Below are positions 1 to 6,480 of a DNA stretch of 20,000 nt, piece by piece. The number at the start of each line of letters is the position of its first letter. The stretch's first letter is position 1. A program made the translations under genes and the position numbers. Below the pieces are notes generated by a model, which worked only from the letters and a program-made list of their open reading frames with translations, had not been told where the DNA came from and did no database searches. Source of the DNA: an uncultured virus (IMG/VR IMGVR_UViG_3300029903_000001) (Duplodnaviria; Heunggongvirae; Uroviricota; Caudoviricetes); IMG/VR virus record IMGVR_UViG_3300029903_000001. One strand, given 5' to 3'.

Positions 1-4
1 AGCT

Positions 5-358
5 TTGAACGACACTTGCTGGCATGATCTCACGGACGCGGGTCTGGTCGAGGCTTTGATCGCTCGCTTGCAACAGGCGGAGGCGGATGCGGTCGAAGCC
101 CGCAGCGCGGCGTCCAAGGAAGCGCATCGTGCCCACGAGATGCAGGAAGATTTGATCCGGCAGATTCGCGAGCTGCGGACCAACCCCCTTGCCGCGGTGA
201 GCAGAGATTTTTATTTCGACGATTGCAAGTCGGGGGTGTTTGTCGTCTCGGTGCACGCAGGCAGGGTCACGCTGATGCAGCGCAAGGGGCGGATCGACTA
301 CGCCATGCAGCAGATCGACGCTGAAACATACGCGCGGCGCGTGACGGATCAAATCTGA
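5..358 (+). CDS. hypothetical phage protein (may be 5'-truncated by the window edge)
   Basis: 117-aa ORF with a helical N-half. Its stop overlaps the next ATG (TGATG). Confidence 0.6.
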   Translation: MNDTCWHDLTDAGLVEALIARLQQAEADAVEARSAASKEAHRAHEMQEDLIRQIRELRTNPLAAVSRDFYFDDCKSGVFVVSVHAGRVTLMQRKGRIDYAMQQIDAETYARRVTDQI

Positions 359-642
359 TGGCCCCCACCAAACAAAAGTCGGCAGTCGACGAGACCGCTT
401 TGCGCCGGCTGTTCGACAAGGGGCTGTCGTTCACCGAGATCGCCCGTGCGCTCGGCTCGCCGGTGACGCCGGGTGCGGTGGCCGGGATGGTCAAGCGCCT
501 GAAGCTGCAGCGCCCGCCGAAGCCCGACCCCCTGCACCGCAAGCCCCGTCCCCCGCTCCCGCGGGCGATGAACCGGCAGGAGCTGAACGAGCTGCTGCGC
601 CAAGCGGTGGAAAATACGCAGGCGATGCAGGAGCCCGAATGA
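358..642 (+). CDS. GcrA-like helix-turn-helix protein
   Basis: LRRLFDKGLSFTEIARALGSPVTPGAVAGMVKRLKL resembles the GcrA N-terminal HTH (LW.EGLSASQIA..LG.VTRNAVIGK.HRLGL). Only 94 aa. Confidence 0.7.
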   Translation: MAPTKQKSAVDETALRRLFDKGLSFTEIARALGSPVTPGAVAGMVKRLKLQRPPKPDPLHRKPRPPLPRAMNRQELNELLRQAVENTQAMQEPE

Positions 643-1061
643 CTCACTTCAAACTTCTTGCCCAGATCGACCGCGACTTGAAGAACCAGGTCCTGTTCGA
701 CTCCCTCAGACGTCCCACAAGGAGAACCCGACTGATGATACACTGGTATGACCGCTTGCCGCTTTACGTCGCCCTGACCGGCCTCGCTGCCGCGTGGTTG
801 CTTGCGCTGGCCTTTGCAGTTCGCGCCGACGAACTTCCCAAGTGCCCCGACCCCGGCGTCAAGTGCAAGATCCTGTACCTCACCGAGCAGGAAGAACAGA
901 TGCTGATGACCAAGAACGGCATCCTCGACACCGCCGCGCAGGCCCGGTCCCTCGATCTCGGCCAGTTCGCCGTCTACCTGAAGACCCGCATTGCTGCGGC
1001 GCCGGCCGGCGAGGTGAGGAAGGACGAGAGCAAGCCCGCCGACAAGGAAGATAAAAAATAG
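639..1061 (+). CDS. hypothetical exported/membrane protein
   Basis: ATGA-coupled ORF with hydrophobic segment LYVALTGLAAAWLLALAFAVRA and a Cys pair. The true start may be internal. Confidence 0.6.
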   Translation: MTHFKLLAQIDRDLKNQVLFDSLRRPTRRTRLMIHWYDRLPLYVALTGLAAAWLLALAFAVRADELPKCPDPGVKCKILYLTEQEEQMLMTKNGILDTAAQARSLDLGQFAVYLKTRIAAAPAGEVRKDESKPADKEDKK

Positions 1062-1064
1062 TTC

Positions 1065-1096
1065 TTGACGTTTACTGAAACGTAGTACAGTTTAAT
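1065..1096 (+). promoter_or_regulatory. putative promoter, TTGAC-N12-GTAGTACA
   Basis: TTGACG at 1065-1070 and GTAGTACA at 1082-1089, followed by AT-rich TTTAAT. The same spacing recurs at 1918-1942. Confidence 0.6.
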
Positions 1097-1146
1097 ACCC
1101 AGTCGATGCACGGAGATAAAAACCGCAGAGAGACGCAAAAACTACA

Positions 1147-1223
1147 GCAGCTATAGCTCACATGGTTAGAGCATCTGATTCTGGATCAGAGGGTAGCAGG
1201 TTCAATTCCTGTTAGCAGCCCCA
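1147..1223 (+). tRNA. tRNA with CTG anticodon (nominally Gln), atypical acceptor stem
   Basis: Cloverleaf: acceptor GCAGCTA/TAGCAGC (one A-A mismatch), D arm GCTC/GAGC, anticodon stem TCTGA/TCAGA with loop TT-CTG-GA (anticodon 1181-1183), T arm GCAGG-TTCAATT-CCTGT, encoded CCA at 1221-1223. Confidence 0.9.
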
Positions 1224-1306
1224 AAAGGCCCTTAAGATCGCAAGGTTCAACGCTCACGGATGCAAGGTTCAAATCCGGCAAGGTGGCAAAGCTGAAGTGG
1301 TAAGGA
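1223..1306 (+). repeat. degenerate 7-9 nt tandem repeat tract (about 11 CAAGG/AAG-like units)
   Basis: AA(G) cores near 1225, 1234, 1242, 1249, 1256 (weak), 1264, 1271, 1280, 1288, 1295 and 1302. Exact GCAAGGTTCAA at 1240-1250 and 1262-1272; GCAAGGT at 1278-1284. Confidence 0.65.
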
Positions 1307-1402
1307 TGCGACCAGAATGACCTCGGGTTAGTTTAGTGGCGATTCGAAGCGGAGCTTCCGAGGCTTCCTGTGCAGGCGACATTTTAAACTCAAGGGGAAA
1401 GC

Positions 1403-1921
1403 ATGATGAAGATCATTGAGGCAATGAAGCGGATCAAGGCGAACAAGGAGAAGATAGCTGATCTGCAGAAGCAGATCGGGCAGTTCTGCACCAACTACGA
1501 TTTCGAGGCGCCGACCTACGGCACCGAGACCCCCAACAAGATATCGGAGTGGCTGCAGGGCTGTGACGACATCTCGCGGCAGAACGCCAAGCTGCTGGTG
1601 GCGATTCAGCGCACCAACCTTGCGACGCAGGTGACGATCACGCTGGGCGACAACAACATCACCAAGCCGATCGCCGAGTGGATCTGGCGGCGCCGGGAGT
1701 ACGCCGCCTTGGACTTGAAGACGTGGCAGGCGCTGACCGACCGCGGCCTGAAGGATGGCATGCACACCAATTCGCAGGGCACGCCGACCATGGTCAAGGT
1801 GGTTCGCCATTTCGACCCCGTCAAGCGGGACCGCATGGCGGCGATGTACAAGTCCGAGCCGCACGAGATCGACGCCGCTCTGGAAGTAATAAATGCGGTG
1901 ACGGACCTGATCGAGGCTTGA
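1403..1921 (+). CDS. DIP1984/DUF6847 (septicolysin-like) alpha-helical protein
   Basis: MKIIEAMK..., LLVAIQRTN, IAEWIWRR and C-terminal EIDAALEVINAVTDL recall the family pattern (MKLAEAL...I..TN...LD..IQ..N..T.L). RBS AAGGGG upstream. The ORF is solid; the family call is by eye. Confidence 0.65.
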   Translation: MMKIIEAMKRIKANKEKIADLQKQIGQFCTNYDFEAPTYGTETPNKISEWLQGCDDISRQNAKLLVAIQRTNLATQVTITLGDNNITKPIAEWIWRRREYAALDLKTWQALTDRGLKDGMHTNSQGTPTMVKVVRHFDPVKRDRMAAMYKSEPHEIDAALEVINAVTDLIEA

Positions 1922-1951
1922 CAACCTTCGTTAGGTAGTACAACGTAGTAC
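1918..1951 (+). promoter_or_regulatory. putative promoter TTGACA with two GTAGTAC boxes
   Basis: TTGACA at 1918-1923, GTAGTACA at 1935-1942, GTAGTAC at 1945-1951. Confidence 0.6.
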
Positions 1952-1953
1952 CC

Positions 1954-2059
1954 ATTCCCGGGCCTCCCGCCGGGGATACCGACACCGGGGTTCGTCACTC
2001 CCCTGGTGCAACTGGCGGGGCGGCGCTTAGACCACCGCAGCGACGCCCCGCTTCTTTTT
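1954..2059 (+). ncRNA. candidate three-hairpin small RNA or structured leader
   Basis: Hairpins ATTCCCGG/CCGGGGAT (1954-1977, loop GCCTCCCG), CACCGGGG/CCCTGGTG (1983-2008) and GCGGGGCG/CGCCCCGC (2015-2051), followed by a T tract. Confidence 0.5.
2014..2059 (+). terminator. intrinsic terminator-like hairpin
   Basis: GC-rich stem 2015-2022/2044-2051, extended by CGCT/AGCG, followed by TTCTTTTT. Confidence 0.65.
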
Positions 2060-2072
2060 ACAGGAGACACGG

Positions 2073-2270
2073 ATGGACCACAGGGCAGCAGAGTTACGCT
2101 TACAATGTCTTAAGATGGCGCAGGACGCAGCAGTGCTGCTGCGCAATAGTCTGATGTCGTATTCCATTGTGGGTGACGCCGAGAATTATTGGAAGTTCGT
2201 TCGCGGTGAAGCCGAAGAGAAAGCGCCGCTGTCGAGTTCGAGCGCCGACGGCGACAACATTCCGTTCTGA
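2073..2270 (+). CDS. small hypothetical protein with SSB-like acidic C-terminal tip
   Basis: RBS AGGAG upstream; 65 aa ending DGDNIPF. Confidence 0.75.
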   Translation: MDHRAAELRLQCLKMAQDAAVLLRNSLMSYSIVGDAENYWKFVRGEAEEKAPLSSSSADGDNIPF

Positions 2271-2282
2271 TAGGATAACCGG

Positions 2283-2381
2283 ATGCGCTTTGTAGCGGCA
2301 GGGCTGCTGATAGGCACGGGGCTGGGGCTGTTCGCCCTGGTGCTTCGGGTAACCGCGTCCTTCATCTGGCCGCTGCTCTGA
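2283..2381 (+). CDS. small membrane peptide (32 aa)
   Basis: MRFVAAGLLIGTGLGLFALVLRVTASFIWPLL, read from the sequence. Its stop overlaps the next ATG (TGATG). Confidence 0.5.
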   Translation: MRFVAAGLLIGTGLGLFALVLRVTASFIWPLL

Positions 2382-2424
2382 TGCCCGCCAAGCGCCAGCC
2401 CAAGCGGCGAGAGCGGATGCGGTC

Positions 2425-2517
2425 NNNNNNNNNNNNNNNNNNNNNNNNNNNNNNNNNNNNNNNNNNNNNNNNNNNNNNNNNNNNNNNNNNNNNNNNNNNN
2501 NNNNNNNNNNNNNNNNN
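2425..2517. other. assembly gap (N run)
   Basis: Run of N interrupting a small ORF that starts at 2381. Confidence 0.98.
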
Positions 2518-2602
2518 CTGCTGCTGCGGGAGATCGTCACCGGTTGGCTGGTGTTCGACGGGATGACGGCGGCGAGCAACACAATGGTGGAGGGACCGGG
2601 GG

Positions 2603-3022
2603 ATGACAAGGCATGACGCCCGATTTTGGGTTGGCGTCGTCCTGGCGACAGTGTTTGTCTTGAGCGCTGCATGGGGGTACGCGTACCCGCGGGATCTCGG
2701 GCAGTGGGAGAATACTGACCCCGCCGTACGGCAGTGGTACCAGGCCCTGATGCAGCCGGACGTCCCGACGGCATCGTGCTGCGGCCAGGCCGACGCCTAC
2801 TGGGCCGACGAGGTTCATGTCAGGGATGGCAAGACCTACGCTATTATCACCGACGACCGCCCGGATGCGCCTCTCGGGCGTCCGCACATTGCTGTCGGGA
2901 CCGAGGTCGAGGTGCCTAACAACAAGCTCAAGTGGGACCGCTCGAACCCGACCGGGCACGGGGTCGTGTTTCTGAGCGTGCACGGCTACGTGTTCTGCTA
3001 CGTGCAGCCGGGGGGAGTCTGA
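2603..3022 (+). CDS. exported Cys-containing hypothetical protein
   Basis: Signal-peptide-like N-terminus, SCCGQAD motif and C-terminal FCYVQP. Confidence 0.8.
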   Translation: MTRHDARFWVGVVLATVFVLSAAWGYAYPRDLGQWENTDPAVRQWYQALMQPDVPTASCCGQADAYWADEVHVRDGKTYAIITDDRPDAPLGRPHIAVGTEVEVPNNKLKWDRSNPTGHGVVFLSVHGYVFCYVQPGGV

Positions 3023-3023
3023 C

Positions 3024-4040
3024 ATGAAGATCGCGTTGTGCACGACGACCATAAGAAAACCAGAAGCGCTGAAGGTGTTGCGTCGTTTTGCCGGCAGCAG
3101 AGTGAAGTTCTTTATAGCGTTGGATCAGAATTCGGATTTCACGGTAATCTCGACGTGGGGCGATCCTGACGATCAGTTTTGCTGGATGACGCCAGACTGG
3201 CAGAAACGGTACAAATGTTCGGAGGCACTTGGCTGGCGATGTCTCGCAAGGCGAAACACAGCTTTCCTCGCCGCCTTGGAATGGGGCGCGGACGTAATAT
3301 ATTCCCACGATGATGACAACCTCGTAACTGAGGGATCGTTTTTCGAGCGCATCGAGGTGAACTTCGAGCCGTTCACCGGTATCAAGGTCACCGGTACTGC
3401 CGGCTGGTTCGATCCCGGCACGCTGCTGATCCCCCCGACCCGTCACCGAGGATTTCCCCATGACAAGCCGCCGAGCAAGATCGCCTCACCTGTCGTTGGT
3501 GCTAAGGTCGGAGTCGCCGCCGGCCTCGTCATCGGAGATCCCGACTGTGACGCCACTACCCGAATTGAGAGAAGGCCCGACGTGGGCAGTACCCATGTTC
3601 TCGGTGCAACCGGAGTGGTTGTTGACCCACACACCTATACAGTTTTTAACTCCCAAAACACTGCCGTCGTCCGCGAGTTGATCCCCGCGTGGTTCATGAT
3701 GCCCGGCGTCGGCCGCCACGACGACATCTACGCGTCGCTGATAGTTCAGCGTGTGGCGCGCGAGCGGGGGTACCATGTGCATTTTGGTCCCCCGTTCACT
3801 TACCAGGAGCGCAACAAGCACAATCTCGTCACCGACCTCCGCGCCGAGATCGACGGGATGGAGAATGTGCAGACGCTGGCCGGTGTTCTGGACGTCATAA
3901 AGCTGTCGGGCAAGTCGGTGATCGATGACACCCGTCTGATTTACGAGTCGCTGTTTTCGTGCTGCACGACGTTGGTTCCGCCGTCGTCTTGCAGGGCGGC
4001 CTTGTTGTGGCTGGATGATTGCGAGGGGCTGGGTCTATGA
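3024..4040 (+). CDS. STELLO/RGP (GT75)-like glycosyltransferase or NDP-sugar mutase
   Basis: Motifs TTTI, RRNTAFL, HDDDN (DxD), RGFP, GDPDCDA, FNSQNT, GRHDDI and QERNKHNLVTDL are typical of STELLO/RGP-like proteins. Confidence 0.8.
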   Translation: MKIALCTTTIRKPEALKVLRRFAGSRVKFFIALDQNSDFTVISTWGDPDDQFCWMTPDWQKRYKCSEALGWRCLARRNTAFLAALEWGADVIYSHDDDNLVTEGSFFERIEVNFEPFTGIKVTGTAGWFDPGTLLIPPTRHRGFPHDKPPSKIASPVVGAKVGVAAGLVIGDPDCDATTRIERRPDVGSTHVLGATGVVVDPHTYTVFNSQNTAVVRELIPAWFMMPGVGRHDDIYASLIVQRVARERGYHVHFGPPFTYQERNKHNLVTDLRAEIDGMENVQTLAGVLDVIKLSGKSVIDDTRLIYESLFSCCTTLVPPSSCRAALLWLDDCEGLGL

Positions 4041-5320
4041 GACTGGCGATCGGCTACTCCACCAAAGACCGCCCCGAGCTGACCAGCGAGACGCTGTCGC
4101 GCATCAAGCTCCCGCAGCACGGCGACCTCTACTGGTGCGACGGCAGCGTGACCGACGAGGGCCGGTCGATGCCGACCAGGTTCGGCTACGTTGCGAACCA
4201 CGTCACCGGCGGCGCCGACGCTCGATACGTTGCGAACCACGTCACCGGCGGCGCCGACGCGGCCATAGCCTGGAAGCTGTCTTTCATGCTGAACCATTCA
4301 CCGGCGCAGCATCCCTCGTACAGCCACATCATGCTGCTCGAAAACGATGTGCTGCTGGACGAGGACTGGTACGAGCCGACGATGAACCTGTTCAGGGAGG
4401 GGCTACGAGATGGACTGGCAGTGGGTGCTGTGTCTGCTCGATCATACGTGGACCGAGTTCTGGTGCAGCGTGACGGCTACGCTGTCATGCATAATCTGGG
4501 CGCCGGCATGGTCGTCTTCACGCGAGAAGCCGCCAGGATCGTGCTTCATACTTTCAGGACCCACTGGTGGGCCGACAACGTTCGCCTGTTCGCCCAGTTA
4601 TCCGGGATCGACTTGCGCACCTACGCCGCTTTCCGTGGAAACGAGCAGTGGGTCACCACCGACTGGGGATGGGAAGCCCAGCTCGCCCGGCATGGTCTCG
4701 CCTCTCTCGCGATGACGCCGGCCAAGTGCCAGATGATCGGGCAGAACCCGCCGCTGGAGAAGCAGGGGCTGGCGCTTACGACCGAAGCGGGGTCTCCTTC
4801 GGTGGAGTGGAACGCTGATGCCAAGGCGTTCGAATCGTACACGGACTCGCTCTCTCGTATCCGTAAAGGTGAGTGCGCCTTCGAGCTTCCCGGCCTGATC
4901 CACCGCGATGGCGCCGGCATGCTGTTCTTTCCGCATCAGGTCATGAGCTTGCCGTCAGCATGGGTGGGCGGGCTCGAACTGCAGTGGAACCAGGGGTATG
5001 GTCCGTTCGCCTACCGCGCCGGTCCGGATGGCGCCTCGCTTGTCGTCTTCATTTCGGGATCCGCCGGGTTTCAGTGCAGCGGCGGGGCTGCCGGTGCGCA
5101 GGTCACGATCGAGGACCTGCGGTCCGGGTTCAAGGCGCAGCCGGCACTGCCGCCCGGCAACGAGCCGATCTCTATCGTGGTGCCCGGCAGCGTCGTCCTG
5201 CGGACCATTCGCATGACCCTGAGCCCGGGCGCCGTGTTTTACGGGCTGGCGTGCACCGAGCCCCAGGTGCTAGACACGACGTGGAAGTTCGACTGGGATC
5301 AGTTGCCGAGGGCAGAATGA
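4037..5320 (+). CDS. GT-A fold glycosyltransferase-like protein with C-terminal beta-rich domain
   Basis: ATGA-coupled start MRLAIGYSTKDRPEL; WCDGS, LLENDVLL (DxD-like) and TDW motifs. Confidence 0.7.
   Translation: MRLAIGYSTKDRPELTSETLSRIKLPQHGDLYWCDGSVTDEGRSMPTRFGYVANHVTGGADARYVANHVTGGADAAIAWKLSFMLNHSPAQHPSYSHIMLLENDVLLDEDWYEPTMNLFREGLRDGLAVGAVSARSYVDRVLVQRDGYAVMHNLGAGMVVFTREAARIVLHTFRTHWWADNVRLFAQLSGIDLRTYAAFRGNEQWVTTDWGWEAQLARHGLASLAMTPAKCQMIGQNPPLEKQGLALTTEAGSPSVEWNADAKAFESYTDSLSRIRKGECAFELPGLIHRDGAGMLFFPHQVMSLPSAWVGGLELQWNQGYGPFAYRAGPDGASLVVFISGSAGFQCSGGAAGAQVTIEDLRSGFKAQPALPPGNEPISIVVPGSVVLRTIRMTLSPGAVFYGLACTEPQVLDTTWKFDWDQLPRAE
4187..4260 (+). repeat. perfect 35-bp direct repeat, 39-bp period, in frame
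   Basis: TACGTTGCGAACCACGTCACCGGCGGCGCCGACGC at 4187-4221 and 4226-4260, encoding YVANHVTGGADA twice. Confidence 0.95.
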
Positions 5321-5382
5321 AGAAGGTACCGACTATTTTTGAGCGTGATTGGAACGGTGACCGTAGCAGAGTGCCGAAATGA
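5317..5382 (+). pseudogene. 21-aa coupled mini-ORF, probable gene remnant
   Basis: MKKVPTIFERDWNGDRSRVPK, with ATGA overlaps at both ends. Confidence 0.5.
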
Positions 5383-6362
5383 AAGTTTTGATTTTAGGCG
5401 CCGCGGGGTTCCTCGGCAATCACCTGGAGCACCGCCTGCGCGAGGAAGGAAACTTCGTCGTTAGTGTCGCCCGCTCGCATTCGAAGTACCGCAGGAGCGC
5501 AGCCCTTGAGTATAACATTTTCGATCTTGCTAATCCTGCTGATCTGCACCACCATTTTTTCCGGCACGAGTTTGATTGCGTGTATCAGCTCGCAGGGTCG
5601 GTTGGTGGCGTTCCTTACATCAGCGATCCTGCTAATGGCGTTGATATTCTCACGAATTCACTGAAGATCAACCTGTACACGCTGGAGGTCATGCGGAAGA
5701 CGAACTCGCACGCCCGCATCCTGTTCGCTTCCTCGCAGTGCGTCTATCCCGACATCGGCTTCGACCCGTTCGCCAGCGAGCGTATCGCCGCTGTACATCC
5801 GTTCAAGGAAACGGACGCCTCGTTCAACACTTTCCCGTTCGCCCAGGAGAAGCTGTTCAGCGAGCAGCTGTACCAGGCGTATCGTACTTGCGGGTTCGAT
5901 GTTCGGATCGCCCGCCTTGGCAACACTTACGGACCGTACTGCACCTGGGATGGCCCGCGCGCCAAGGCGCCGGCGGCTATTTGCCGGAAGGTGGCCCAGG
6001 CAACGGCCGGCGACGCGGTGCCGTTGATCGGTGACGGGCGAGCTATCCGGACCTACACTTATGTCGATGATGCGGTTGACGGTCTGATGCGGCTGATGCG
6101 GTCCGACTATAGCGGGCCGGTCAATATCGCCTCGCACGAGGAGACCTCGGTGTCCGAGCTGTTCGCCGCCGTGTGCAAGGTGGCGGGCAAGGATCTGCTG
6201 TGGAAGTCGGAAGCGGGTCCGGTGGGGGTGCCGTACCGCGGCAGCGACAACGCGCTGTGCCGGAAGGTGTTGAACTGGGAGCCGCCGACGTCGCTCTGGA
6301 ACGGGTTGCAGTCGACCTATCCGTGGGTGGAAGAACAGGTGTTGACAGCGCGCAAAGCCTGA
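5379..6362 (+). CDS. NAD-dependent epimerase/dehydratase, GDP-mannose 3,5-epimerase-like
   Basis: GAAGFLG Rossmann motif, LAGSVGG, FASSQCVYP, RLGNTYGP, KAPAAICRK, GDGRAIRTYTYVDD. Confidence 0.9.
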   Translation: MKVLILGAAGFLGNHLEHRLREEGNFVVSVARSHSKYRRSAALEYNIFDLANPADLHHHFFRHEFDCVYQLAGSVGGVPYISDPANGVDILTNSLKINLYTLEVMRKTNSHARILFASSQCVYPDIGFDPFASERIAAVHPFKETDASFNTFPFAQEKLFSEQLYQAYRTCGFDVRIARLGNTYGPYCTWDGPRAKAPAAICRKVAQATAGDAVPLIGDGRAIRTYTYVDDAVDGLMRLMRSDYSGPVNIASHEETSVSELFAAVCKVAGKDLLWKSEAGPVGVPYRGSDNALCRKVLNWEPPTSLWNGLQSTYPWVEEQVLTARKA

Positions 6363-6381
6363 TGTATTAATTTGTAGTACA
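6342..6381 (+). promoter_or_regulatory. sigma70-like promoter with GTAGTACA box
   Basis: TTGACA (6342-6347), 17-nt spacer, TATTAA (6365-6370), GTAGTACA (6374-6381), then RBS GGGAGG. Confidence 0.65.
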
Positions 6382-6393
6382 AGGGAGGCTGCC

Positions 6394-6480
6394 ATGAACC
6401 TGACAGATGCGGGCTTGCTTATCTGCGTATCGCTGGGGCTGGGCATGTTGGTAGGGATGATAATTGGAGCGAAGCTATGA
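6394..6480 (+). CDS. small membrane peptide (28 aa)
   Basis: MNLTDAGLLICVSLGLGMLVGMIIGAKL with a strong RBS; ATGA overlap with the recombinase gene. Confidence 0.6.
   Translation: MNLTDAGLLICVSLGLGMLVGMIIGAKL

Larger units (their letters stand above)
1102..1380 (+). ncRNA. candidate structured ncRNA with terminal helix, embedded tRNA and short-period AAG repeat tract
   Basis: GTCG-A-TGCAC-GGAG (1102-1115) can pair with TTCC-T-GTGCA-GG-CGAC (1365-1380). Internal helix CCTCGG (1321-1326)/CCGAGG (1358-1363). No + strand ORF in the provided track; lies between a promoter and the RBS of the 1403 gene. Confidence 0.6.

Noticed and set aside
1227..1290. Second tRNA suggested by GGTTCAAATCC
   Set aside because: The T stem pairs for only 2 bp, and no D arm, anticodon arm or acceptor stem can be built.
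1223..1306. CRISPR array or TIGR-like guide array
   Set aside because: Units are only 7-11 nt, there are no unique spacers of regular length, and no cas or Nop-domain gene is visible.
1102..1380. Retron msr-msd, tmRNA, or GOLLD/ROOL RNA
   Set aside because: No reverse transcriptase in the window; no tmRNA alanyl acceptor ends or tag frame; much shorter than GOLLD or ROOL. A cmscan is still needed to exclude known families.
2381..2616. Apparent frameshifted gene
   Set aside because: It spans the N gap, whose length is only an estimate, so the frame cannot be judged.
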